A stretch of 63,840 nt of DNA, filler included, from Phoronis australis (lineage: Eukaryota; Animalia; Phoronida), in the NCBI GenBank assembly GCA_002633005.1. It is 6 parts of 6 records of this genome, joined end to end, with 100 filler letters (N's around TTAATTAATTAA, not from the genome) between each part and the next. Parts side by side here need not be neighbours in the genome. Positions count along the whole stretch, not along the records: positions 1 to 26,637 come from NMRA01000008.1; 5 more parts are not named here. The stretch is one strand, 5' to 3'. Below are positions 13,615-25,104 of the stretch, one piece after another. The position numbers and the translations under genes were made by a program. The notes beneath the pieces were generated by a model, which worked only from the letters and a program-made list of their open reading frames with translations, had not been told where the DNA came from and did not search any database. Position 1 is the first letter of the stretch. Each line of letters opens with the position of its first letter.

Positions 13615-13695
13615 CATGGGCGGCGCACCCTAGGGGCTGAGGGGGGGGGGGGCTGGGGTATAGCCCCCACTTTTTTCAGTGCTGCGCCGCCCGTA
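13615..13695. mobile_element. Short GC-rich hAT-like MITE, related copy at about 39235-39311
   Basis: TIR CATGGGCGGCGCA / TGCGCCGCCCGTA with an internal ggggct...agcccc palindrome. Confidence 0.5.
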
Positions 13696-15237
13696 TATGT
13701 TAAGATAATCTGCGGACCGGTTTACGCGGGACTCTTCCAGTATCATTGGAAACACGCTCACTATTCAGCGGTGTGCAAGAAGTACTAGGTTGTCCACTTG
13801 GTAGTTTTTTCATCGCATTAGCCTTCTCACTGAAGTTACTAACTACACGGAGTATCTCCTTCCTAGACAGTGCCTACCGTCTACCGAAAACCTGCTTGAG
13901 TTGAGGTTTTCTGCGTTCTGATTATGGGCTGCTCATGAGTGAAATAAGTCTCCACGACGCATATTGTTTCTCGTGGTGTAAATGGTGGCGATGGTAGCAT
14001 CGAGTCTAATTTTATGAGACAAAATCGTACACGTTTTTTATTAAGTAAAGAACGCTATTAAGATGACATGACCGAATAATGTTTTGTTTTCAGTATGTAC
14101 ACTTTTTGTTTAGAGAATATTTCTTTTAGCTCTCATCCGTTGCCAGATTCTTCGTTGCTTGTTTATTATTCCTATTCTTAAAATTACTCGTCGCTTTAGT
14201 CATTAGGGAAATTTGCAGTCTGCGGAAATCTTTTAAGATTTGATCATATCATATTAAAATATGATATGATCAAGCACTTATGAATTTCAATTTTAAAGCT
14301 ACTAGATTTTGAATACTATGGCATCATTCGTATGGCGCAGGTTTGAAATACAGGTATAGTGCTTCCCAGCGCTTTCTGGGCTTAACTCTAATTATTGCAC
14401 ATTGTATTTTTTCGTAATTAACATTAAAAAAAGAAATGCAGGTTTGTGAAACTGTTGATCCTCATTTAGACAGAGGATCATATGACATCAATAGTCTGTG
14501 ATGACATGTCTCTCGAGACACGTATGTATGGAAGAAAATTATGTATTCAAAAGATACCGCTTTAAATTAAACGAGTAATTTTGTCATTTAAAAGTAGTAT
14601 TTATTCATTGATTGTTTATGTATTCGTTAGTATTTTTATCCTGTTTTTTTCTGTCCATGACTGTATTGGTGTTTCGTATGTTTTTTTTCTGTCTTGGCAT
14701 CTTTTTGTTTAATAAGTTATTTGTAAGGGGCCTTCACGAAAATATGTGCCTCACTTTCAGTGATATCTTATTTTTATTTATTTTATTTTTCCCGTCAACA
14801 TATGCATTAGGGTTTTATCAATGCTATTTACATGTCACCATGTCTCATCTTTACTGTCAATCAATTAACCAGCTCAACATGGGAACCATCAGCAGTGTGA
14901 CTCTTTCTTGGCTGCTGCAGAGAAGGACTGAGCACTTGTGGACCTGTCCAATGTGCAGTGATGTCTGTCTCTGAGACAATGACAATGATAATGTCAATCA
15001 ATTATAGCTATTGTGCGTATTTCGTTAGAATATCAATCAATCACAGCCAATCTAAGACTGTTACACACGAGTCAGCTGTTAGGACGAGGCAAGCAGTTTT
15101 TGAAGATGCGAGGAGTCTACTCTCTAAACTTTGGTGCCAGGTCTATCAAATAAAGGATTAAATAAAAAAGAATTTCGTACAAGATGCTAATTTTTTAGAT
15201 CGGATGTGGCAAGTTGGGTATTTGGGTGAAATATTAA

Positions 15238-15571
15238 AGGGACATCACCGGTTTTGCGACCGAAAACCGGCCTTTCGGATTACTTTTGGATGGGGTAGAC
15301 CTCTTCAAGTCTTTAGTTTTTACCAGAGCTATAAGGCAACAAAATCCGTTGTACTTTGGCGTTTTTATTGCAAATCGCCAATTCTAGCCTATAGTCTGCC
15401 AGACATTCATTGAAAAAATCAAGGCCGGTGACCTTGCCAGTTAAATATTCCACTTAGTATGGAGTGGGATTTTGCTACGCCAGCAGACGGTTGGAGTGCG
15501 ATCGACGGGGCTGCAGGTTGAATTGCGTGCTGAGGTCGATTTAAGAAACATTTCTCACCGATAATATTCCT
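15238..15571 (+). mobile_element. Kolobok-like MITE copy 2, followed by an inverted partial copy (about 15580-15715)
   Basis: TTAA|AGGGACATCACCGGT ... ACCGATAATATTCCT|TTAA. Confidence 0.7.
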
Positions 15572-16731
15572 TTAAAAGTAATTGGCGATTAATCACAAAA
15601 AACAGATTCTGTTGTTTTATAGCCCTGATCAAATTTAATAATTTCAAAATGTCTATACCATCCAATAACCATCCTGCAAATGTGTTTTCAGCCGTAAAAC
15701 CGATAATGTCGCTTTTAATGATTTCTCAACAAGAAAGTGAAATACATTTATTTCCTTAATAGTAATTATGACGTAGGTATTGCTATAGCAACGTTTTAGC
15801 CCTCGGTCTGCATGAGTTTGATTGTTTAATCGGGTCAATAATTACACTTTTCGTTTTTTGACTGTGCTCTTGTCTAAATGTTTTGTGTTTTAGACCTTGA
15901 CTGAACCTAGATGCTATTCGATCTTAATATAAGACGCGCTGTTACTTTCGGACGAGAACGTGCCACACCGTGGATCCACTTTTCCCAATTCGACCATCAA
16001 TAGTCGCGATTTTCCTATAATCATTTGCTCAAACTAAAATAAATGCTGGAAACCTTTATTGCCAAACAATTTCATTTTTTCATTGACATTTGTAATTGAG
16101 TATGGTGACACTATTTGCCATAAGTGTTATACCTGAGACGGGACGAAGTCGAACAATTTTCTCAATGCGTTGTCGCTTCCGGTTTATGACTTCTACTAAA
16201 CTCGATTTCCTACAAACCCTCCAGAGCAGCATCTAATGTCATTTATTTGCTTTCGAACTAACCCCAAACCCCTCGATAGGGTAGCATTTGCCTTGAAATC
16301 CCAGGATACAGTACTGAGACCATCACCATACAGACTGTGGAAATACACCCAGGATCTTAGGTCTACCGAGGTCGGTCGTCTAGCCGAAAGGAATTGTGGG
16401 ATTGTTATTGCGAAAACTGCTTACACCCTTGTTTACAATTACCAACAAAATTAGAGAGACTACTTTTGGTGTTATGGGAAGTTAAACGTCAGATGCACGA
16501 GAAGATAACAAACTATCACGAAACTGACTGCAAGGACGAATGAAATGCTGGGCAACGAGGTCATACTCTCTGACGACATTGAATTTATACCTGACAAAGG
16601 TGATGAGCACTACCCTTAAATTATTCTGGATTTGATCCAAGGATTCCACGGCTGCAGTTGGTGTTGATCAAGTATGTGTTTTCGGTAAAAGTACACCTCA
16701 TGCCGTTTCCGTATTCTGTTTCATAGAGCTA

Positions 16732-17313
16732 TCTCTGACGAAGTGACACTGCACTGAACAAGATAGACAGTTCCACCGTCTCAACTTGCAGTAGAGACCG
16801 TGGCCATAACTAGTCCTTCATACGACGGAAGCTTTTCGGCGAATTGTGCCTCACACTGATTAAACCATCACGTTTTTATAAATACCTTTTGCGCATGGAG
16901 GGACACCTTAGGAAGCCATCGATGTCTTTAAAAATTCCTTTCAACTCGAACACATACTCCTGTAGTCAANTCTCTGACGAAGTGACACTGCACTGAACAA
17001 GATAGACAGTTCCACCGTCTCAACTTGCAGTAGAGACCGTGGCCATCACCAGTCCTTCATACGACGGAAGCTTTTCGGCGAATTGTGCCTCACACTGATT
17101 AAACCATCACGTTGTTATAAATGCCTTTTGCGCATGGAGGGACACCTTAGGAAGCCATCGATGTCTTTAAAAATTCCTTTCAACTCGAACAAATACTCCT
17201 GTAGTCAAACTTTTTTCAAGCAGTCTTTCGCTCAGTTACGCAAATCGGCAACTGGCCATTTTTACACTGCTCGCGCCAGGGGATATGACGTCAGATCCCC
17301 TGGCGCGAGTAGT
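16732..17313 (+). repeat. Dispersed repeat arm (same family as 43110-43720); its first 238 bp are duplicated across a single N
   Basis: 16732-16969 is nearly identical to 16971-17208. Blocks tgcctcacactgattaaa and ggcaactggccatttttacact are shared with 43200-43380. Confidence 0.7.
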
Positions 17314-17920
17314 ACAACAAGAACAAAACAGATTTGTTGAAATTCTCAGTTTCAAATGTTTTTTGTGTTGCTGAGATGCTTCAATTTTATACCAACTTTA
17401 CAAATCATGCTAACCATGAAGCAAAAATTAGCAGTTTAATTTTACTAAAAATTAACAAAATGAAATTGGACACATCCGCTTATTTTGCCCAGAACCGAAG
17501 AAACCTTATCCAGAAAGTTTGTCGTATGTCGTATTCTTATACAAAGTTCTTTCATTTTCACTGACGGGTGATTAAAGTTGAGGGTTATAGTTCCTGTTTG
17601 GATAATTTTCTGAAGTATGTACACCGGTGTAACATGCTTAGGAGAACACTGTTCACTAATAAGACACTCATTTCCATGATTTCTGTAATCGATAAATAGG
17701 TAAAAAACCTGACGGTCCCATTTGAAATCCCCATTCAGTGTCATCTACGAAAATCACCTTTTGCTTCACATGTTTTGGGGTGGAACCCTTTGTTTTGTTT
17801 TTAATACTCGTCACTGATGGAAAAGTTCTGTTGTTCTTTTTGGCGCCTTGTAATCGTGCATGTGTCCAAAATACGAAAATGTGTGGTACGCATTGATTTC
17901 GACTGGTCTTGTAGTTGTTG

Positions 17921-18030
17921 CATTTCTTCACACCAGCCAATCATTTCTTCACACCAGCCAATCATTTCTTCACACCAGCCAATCATTTCTTCACACCAGC
18001 CAATCATTTCTTCACACCAGCCAATCATTT
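17921..18030. repeat. Perfect 21-bp minisatellite, 5.2 copies (CATTTCTTCACACCAGCCAAT)
   Basis: Read directly; no spacers between units. Confidence 0.95.
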
Positions 18031-18911
18031 ACTTCGTGAGCCAGCGCTATCGCATTATCATCGATGCGGTACTTGCAGATGAAAAAAAAAAACACGAAAT
18101 CATCTTGTAATATCGGCATCAAAAGCAATGCCAAGCTACCTTTTCTGCATTTGATGAAATCTTCTGCTTACCCTTCTAGTAAATTGTTTCTTTGTCGAAC
18201 TATTTTCTATTAGACTGGCGAAATGTCGTCGATTATTTGGTAGTTCTAGGCAATGTGCGCGTTTCTACGTTAGCCGTCTCTTGAACGAGACAGTCTCGCC
18301 ACCTGGTGACTGATGAGCCTATTGGAATATTTTTATTTATTTTTCAACAAATCGCAAAGTCTGAATGTTACTTTGCCCGGTCAATCAATCATGAGAAACT
18401 CTCTCTAGCATTGGAAAGGAGGTAAACCCTACTCCCTCACACACTGAGATCTCACTTATAATATCCGTCACTGATTCTCACGTATACAGCGTAACAAGCG
18501 CACGATATAAAAAGAAACGTCCCCGGGCTGTTTCATAGCTGGCGAAAACATTTTCGCAACATAAAACGAGTATAATCAATTGTGGAAGTTTAAATAACTG
18601 ATTACAATCATGCAGTGAACTGTTGTGCACTTTACATTGTTTGAAGAGTGATATTCAAATTTAGCTTACTAAATAAGAACATCACAGCAGGTGTTCACTG
18701 AATGATCTTCATCGTGCCTGACTGTTGACGCAAAAATCTCGCTAGTGAAGCTAATGTGATCACATGTTTTGCCTGTAATGTATGGCGATATCTCGCGAGT
18801 GATCTTGTGCTTTCGCAAGTGCATTCAGTCTACGGAACCGGCAATGAAAGTACACCTGCTGGTGTGTGGACTTTTTAAATTTATTTGAAGTGTATCTGAT
18901 CAAATGATAGT

Positions 18912-19616
18912 TTACGGCTGTTCCAGGCCATCACTCATGAAAGCGTCATTTCTCATCTCGTCTCCGTGTTCTTGCAGTCGGTGGACACGATGTCTCCTAG
19001 TCTTGCAGCATATCACAACTAAACGATTTACACTCAAAATCAGCAACAAAGAATTTTTAACAAGGAAGAAAATGTTTGAATAAGACGATCCGTCGTAGTA
19101 TATCAGCGCTAACACACGGACAGCAACGAACGGTATAAACATTAGCAAAAGCGAACATGTCACAGAAAGAATTTCTGCGTGCTTGGCACTGAGAGAGCAT
19201 AGACATGATTTTCTTTCTTTTCTCCGTTTCACAGCACACGCCTCTCTCTCTGTGTCTGTCTGATTTTCATCTTCACCGTTTACTGCCGCAGCTCCCCACA
19301 GGGACATCCGTCGACCACTGGATGATGGAACAATAACATACGTGAACTGCAGTAAACTTAAACTGAAAGCGCCCAACACGGCGTAAACAAACGGTTTACT
19401 TTCGATAGCTGCTCTCTGTTGTAGAAGTTCCATCAGTTCTAAAATGTCGGCGGCCGTTCCTATATAGACCATCAAGTAGTTGGACAACTGTGTATAGGTA
19501 AGATATTGTAAAGGCAAGATCCATCGCGCTAATAGAAGAAGGTAGACGAGGATTTGCTCAAGAGTCATGGCCCAGGTATCATTCGACAGAGTGACCTCAA
19601 ACAGCGGACTTGTGAT
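18912..19616 (-). CDS. TMEM26: Transmembrane protein 26, last exon
   Basis: Acceptor cttcag|ATCACA. Motifs EQILVYLLLLARWILP, QLSNYLMVYIGTAADILE, SLSLLQF and FFLVKN match TMEM26. Stop TAA at 18912-14. Confidence 0.9.
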   Translation of the reverse strand: MTSPLFEVTLSNDTWAMTLEQILVYLLLLARWILPLQYLTYTQLSNYLMVYIGTAADILELMELLQQRAAIESKPFVYAVLGAFSLSLLQFTYVIVPSSSGRRMSLWGAAAVNGEDENQTDTEREACAVKRRKERKSCLCSLSAKHAEILSVTCSLLLMFIPFVAVRVLALIYYDGSSYSNIFFLVKNSLLLILSVNRLVVICCKTRRHRVHRLQEHGDEMRNDAFMSDGLEQP

Positions 19617-20189
19617 CTGAAGCGAAATGCACAAAGAGCGCGTTATATCAGAGTCAATGTTCTTCCACAGTTTTTTCTTCTTCAAAAAGCACCTGCGACG
19701 CTGCTTAACAAAAGAAATACCATTTTCAAGCAGAAACCACGCACACTTTACAATTAAGAGAAGATGGGCAAGGGCGATGTTTCAAAACTTTGAGCATACA
19801 CGATGAAATTGGACGGAATGAAGTTGGCAGGTCTAGGATGTCTCAAGGGAGGGGGGGGGCAACCACAATTTCCGAATGAAAAGTGTTCGCGTTACCGCTA
19901 AAAACGATATGCCGATGTCTTTCGAGTTTGCCGCGGGCAACTGACGAGCGCATTGGCGCCCTCTAAATCTGCCTACACTGTGTCTCGAGCATGTGCCTAA
20001 AATTAAGATTTTTTATTTCTTTCTCAATGCAGTATAATAGTGACAACAGGGGATCGTGANTATGCCGATAAGCTAACAGAGCTATCGTAGCGAGCCTCGT
20101 TTTGGAACGCGCCTCCTGTCGGCGTGAATAGGGTCTTATGCCACGTCACTGTAAGATCTAGCACGTGACACGTGCCAATGTCAACTTAC

Positions 20190-20334
20190 CCCGAAAAATG
20201 TGGCTGAGTAAGTAGTGGTGGTCGCGTTGTCGGCCAAAGTATTGTTGATAATACTGTCAACCCTTGTCAGTTCCATGACCCAGACGGGAGGCAGCACACT
20301 CAACAGGTAGAGGAAGAAACTCGGACAAAATGCA
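20190..20334 (-). CDS. TMEM26: Transmembrane protein 26, exon 2
   Basis: Splice sites ttccag|TGCATT and GGG|gtaagt, phase 2-0. Translation AFCPSFFLYLLSVLPPVWVMEL... Confidence 0.9.
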
Positions 20335-22462
20335 CTGGAATTACGAACAAGTAGAAACGCATAAAAATGAATCAAGTGTGATCGCGGTCACGTACTACAA
20401 ACGAACGTTTGTTTTTGCTTATCAAATTAAGAATCATATCCTTAGGTTTCTAAAGCGGCAATAAACACGTGCTTTCTGTCAAAAAAAACAAGTTTTGGTT
20501 TAGGTTACTTGCCATTATAAAAATGGTCTTGCGTATATTTTTCCTTGCTCAGTTCAGAAAAAATCGTTGGGCTCTGGAAAGACTGGCAGTTCGTTTTTTT
20601 TTCTCCTGGTTTGAAGAAATAGCGAACTTTCTGTTGTTTTGAAGCCCTGGAGTCACATTCAGTTTGACCATGGAGCAATTTGGGACCAATTTTATAACGG
20701 TAAATGGCCTAAATCAAAACTCGTTTTTTGACAGAAAGTAAAATTCCCAGCGACTTTCTCTTTTTTACGTGTTTAATGATAATTAGAGTGCAACCATTAT
20801 TTACATTGCAGTGACTTATTGTTGCCAATTTCAATAATCAAAAACGGACACGAACGGAACGCCTGCGAAGCAAGATGATGTTTTTACCACGGACTCTAAC
20901 CTTTGTGCTCGTAATAGAACTAAAAAACCAATTTTGGTATTTTTTTGTCCTACTTATGTGCCAATTCAAAATTAGCGTGTATTACTGTGTACTCTAGTAC
21001 AATATGGTTTGCGCGGATGGCTGTCTAATCCTGCACTAGGTGTCCCCAGCAGTAGCGCTATAATTTCCATTTTGAACTCGAAATTGCAAGTTTTTACGCG
21101 AAATCTCAGGTTTTACTCGACTTTCAATGGTCCGAATCTAGGGGCCAACAAGTTCGAACTTGGAATAGACATTATCAGCATGAAACTTAATATATAAAAC
21201 TCAAACACAGAAAAATAGACGCTTATCTTGTCTTCGAACGCAAAATGTCAAAAATAATTTCGAGTTAGATTTTTGGTCCAAAGACTAGACACCGGGCTCA
21301 ATTTTTCATAGAAGAACATGGGATTTTAAGTAGATAAATAAATCATTGTGCACATTTCAGAGGGATAAAGTGGACACGACTTGTGAGAGACTTTCCGTTA
21401 AACATCTTTTTACCTTTATAGGGCCCAAACATAAGCATGGAATACTTTCGGAAAACATGCCCGCAACATCTAAATGTACGTGGAATTAAAACCAATCTGT
21501 GTAGTTTAGAGATTTGATGTCACCAATCATGGTATGACCTGAATAACGTCTAAGAAATTAAGCGTTTGTCATAGATCACAATGTAGGTTTCAACTTGCTC
21601 CCACTCCGAAGAGATTAATTTTTGGTTTAATTTATAAAAAACGACAGTTCGTTATTCCTCAAGACCATGTTCGGCGAATAAAATGACTCGCCGTGATAAG
21701 ACAGCTTGGTGGGATTATTAATCTCAAACAATAAAGAGCGGTCAGTTCTCTCCAAGACCATGCAGAAATATGTCGTGTTTCTCATATCGCCTAGTTCCTG
21801 TTTGACGCTCGATGACAGTGCGTTTTCGAAATCCCTACAAACCGAAAAACCTTTTTTAAAAGTGTCAAAAAGTAATTTTTGACTCAGACCACCTACGGTT
21901 ATAAAATTTGTCCCATGTTCTTCCGTTACTTATATTAAAAATCTTTATAGGTTTAGAGAAAGCTGATAAATTGTCAGTGCTCCTGACCACCACGTCACTC
22001 ACCGAGAGTTAATATTCACCGATACAACATGGCTATGAGGGGAATTCGAGGCGTTTTATCCTACCGAACAAATCTCAACCCACACACACGATAAGAAGGG
22101 GATGACCTGCTTTAGAAGAGCAAATACACCTGAGAAGAAATTTTTGTTTTTGATAACTGCTCTAACAAAATGAACTTAATTTTTTTGCTGAAAACTTAAG
22201 TTTTTTGGAAAATAACTTAAGTTTTTGAGAACAAATTATGTTCTAACGAAAATCTACAAAGATCCTGACGACACGATACCCGCATTCAAACTGGAGATCG
22301 GTGATTTACAAGTAAGAGGACATGAGAGAAAAGTTTCACTGAATTAAGATATCATTTTTATGGAAATTATGTGTCTTATTTTTCGCAGCGTATAAGTACA
22401 GTACAATGCGGATTGTTGAACGTGCGATTATTGTATTCTATTTTCACACTTGATGACGTCAG

Positions 22463-22535
22463 TCGCTGCATGGTGTAGTGGTAAAGTCGGCGACCAGCAA
22501 TTCCAAGGTCCCGGGTTCGACTCCGTCCTCGGTTT
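22463..22535 (+). mobile_element. tRNA-derived SINE head
   Basis: A box TGGTGTAGTGG and B box GGTTCGACTCC, but no intact cloverleaf. Confidence 0.65.
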
Positions 22536-22614
22536 CCCGCCAAATCGTTATCTCACTAGTGAGATAACTTTATGGGTTATTACACGGTTGTATCTGCCAT
22601 TCGAGGCTAATATT

Positions 22615-22735
22615 GTTGTATAAAATGATTTATTACTTGAAAGAGTTAACAACGATAAAAACATTGGTAACTGTGCATTGAACTTGTAACATATCCTGAA
22701 AATAGTTAAATGACAACAATATTTGATATTGTAGC
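22615..22735 (+). repeat. Dispersed repeat, second copy at about 56403-56515
   Basis: Shared gatttattacttga...ggtaactgtgcattgaacttgtaacat...gttaaat...gatattgta. Confidence 0.7.
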
Positions 22736-22814
22736 AAGCAGTTTATCCCGTTCAATCCGCCCATTTTTGGTCACATCACGTGACCTAATGAATATAAGTC
22801 CGAAAAGATTTCTG

Positions 22815-22886
22815 CCCCCGACCGTGACTCGAGCCCAGGACCTTCTGCTAACCGTGCAGACGTTCTAACCACTGAGCCATCGGGAC
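22815..22886 (-). mobile_element. tRNA-derived SINE head or tRNA pseudogene
   Basis: GTCCCGA-TGGCTCAGTGGTTAGAAC-G-TCTGC(ACGGTTA)GCAGA-AGGTC-CTGGGCTCGAGTCACGG-TCGGGGG. Cloverleaf-like, but lacks U33 and TTC and has stem mismatches. Confidence 0.65.
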
Positions 22887-23479
22887 CATGGTCACACACG
22901 GAAATCCAATCAGACTTAGTAGTGGGCATCTTACCCATGATCTCTATTGTGTGTATTCTTANNNNNNNNNNNNNNNNNNNNNNNNNNNNNNNNNNNNNNN
23001 NNNNNNNNNNNNNNNNNNNNNNNNNNNNNNNNNNNNNNNNNNNNNNNNNNNNNNNNNNNNNNNNNNNNNNNNNNNNNNNNNNNNNNNNNNNNNNNNNNNN
23101 NNNNNNNNNNNNNNNNNNNNNNNNNNNNNNNNNNNNNNNNNNNNNNNNNNNNNNNNNNNNNNNNNNNNNNNNNNNNNNNNNNNNNNNNNNNNNNNNNNNN
23201 NNNNNNNNNNNNNNNNNNNNNNNNNNNNNNNNNNNNNNNNNNNNNNNNNNNNNNNNNNNNNNNNNNNNNNNNNNNNNNNNNNNNNNNNNNNNNNNNNNNN
23301 NNNNNNNNTTATCCAACGGCCCAGGATTTTTTTCTACCTCTCTTTTGTCGACTCGGCCAGATCCGCCCATCGAACTAATTGGGTTTGTAAACGCCCAACA
23401 TTTTTTATTCCGTAGCTTATCACAGAGAATGGATTAAAGCTCCGAAGAGAGTACATAACAGCTGCGAGGACAAGTGACT

Positions 23480-23722
23480 CATGCGCGCACCCAGGGAGGG
23501 GGGGGGGGGCTCAGGGGGCGTGAACGAGCCTCCGTTTGGCGAAGTGGGCAATAAGTTCCGCCTCTGAGAAACAAAGTCCGAGAAAATGAGACAAAAGTCC
23601 ACTAAACAAGCACAAACGAGCACTTCACAGTGGTGCCCCCAGGCCGCCGGCCTTTTTGTTACCAAAAGGTTCACAAGGTCAGGATTCCGTGACCCCCATA
23701 TTGAAGGCTGGGTGCGCACATG
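23480..23722. mobile_element. 243-bp MITE with 15-bp TIR and 5-bp TSD (TGACT)
   Basis: TGACT|CATGCGCGCACCCAG ... CTGGGTGCGCACATG|TGACT. Confidence 0.8.
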
Positions 23723-24020
23723 TGACTTAACTGTTGGCCAAATGCCAGGATGGGCTCTCAGACAACAATGCCACCAGTGCAGCCAAATGACATCGAAGAC
23801 AATGATCGAACAACTCCACAGGAATTAACTTAATATTCTGCGAATGTTTATAGCACACTCTATAAGGATCTTTATCTGTTCCTTGTACTCTCTCTGACCA
23901 CATTACATGATTGTTTTCTACCTAATTCCACATTTAAACAGGCCACGTCCGTCTTTTAACTTGGAATAATTCTATTTTCGTTTTAAAAACTTATGTTGAG
24001 AAGCAAGCATTCTCNCTTAC

Positions 24021-24229
24021 CTGTACCACTCGCGCCCTCTATTGACGACCACCAGACAAATTGCTTCGACCAGCGCCGGTGTAATGAGCACCGCCATGAT
24101 CCACATGGTAGTACGGTCACCATTTGCAGCATAAGTGTACCAAACGACCAGAAGTGAGTGGACCATAAATAAAACTCTAGTCAACAATCCACTAATGATA
24201 CCAAAGGCTCTGGAATCGCGAAGTTTCAT
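24021..24229 (-). CDS. TMEM26: Transmembrane protein 26, first coding exon
   Basis: MKLRDSRAFGIISGLLTRVLFMVHSLLVVW...RGREWY, donor AG|gtaag in phase 2. Spliced CDS is 1059 nt (352 aa). Confidence 0.9.
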
Positions 24230-25104
24230 GATCGTCGGGTGCTACAGCTTCGCTCATACGCACAGGCACCTAAATTTGACTGGAGAAATTCCCCGCGACA
24301 AGGATTGCAATAAATGCCAGGCGCACTATTTTGGAAAAATATCTCGCTAGTCGCCAACGTAATCTTTACTATATGGTGGTCCCTCATAAAGAAATTCGTG
24401 AACCGCAAGCCTTGCTCCGCTACGTCGTAGTTGATGTCACTGAATTCTTGACTCCTAGTTTCATGACTGAGGAAACTGCCAAGAACGCAATATATTCACG
24501 CAAATTATTCCATGAAACTACTGAGCCTCTCACTTGACAACAATGACTTGTCACCAATAACTAACTCTGTAAGTTTCGTCCTCATTCGTTGTTTTCGACA
24601 GTGTATTAAATTCATCCAAACCAAAGTGCTCCAGGTTGCGTCCACGTACAGTTGAGCCTGCGCGGAGAGATATGGAATGTTTCGTAATCGGTTAACCTTT
24701 AATTGAGATATTAATGCTGGAGACAGAAGTATGTATGCCAAATTAAAGCACCGTTAAACACGGTGACAGGCGTATGCAGATAGGCGTAATCCAGTAAATC
24801 AATTCGGTTTCCACAACAAAGGCTATAGGCCTACTCAAGTATTTATCTCAGTCCGTCATATCCAAAATGCTCGTGTCGGGTTTTGCATATAGGCTCATGC
24901 ACGTAGACCGGCAGCCCAGAGCACTTAGCATAGATGAACGAGGTACCAGCATCTGACCACGGGAGCATTTAGAGTCCACCTCAAATTGTACAGAAATCGA
25001 CGTCTGCCGTTGTCTCCACTCTGGGTGTGACCCCTTGGGGGCCTTACTAAGGGCCCAAAAATGGGCTATATTAGATATTCGAGGTACCACATAACAACTC
25101 CATG

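Noticed and set aside
16732-17208. 238-bp tandem duplication as a biological event
   Set aside because: The copies are separated by a single N and differ by a few SNPs, typical of unmerged overlapping haplotype contig ends.
17801-18110. Repetitive peptide ORFs (MIGWCEE / ISSHQPI)
   Set aside because: Translation of the 21-bp minisatellite.
18912-19685. ORF-track N-terminus MKKKKLWKN... as the TMEM26 start
   Set aside because: 19617-19685 is intronic; the true N-terminus comes from the exons at 24021-24229 and 20190-20334.
22815-22886. Functional tRNA-Thr(GGT)
   Set aside because: No U33, T-loop CTC instead of TTC, mismatches in the D, T and acceptor stems, and GGT is atypical for eukaryotic Thr tRNAs.
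22771-23437. Long ORFs crossing N runs (also 33908, 36858, 37010, 40604, 43796, 62240)
   Set aside because: They are open only because N codons contain no stops.
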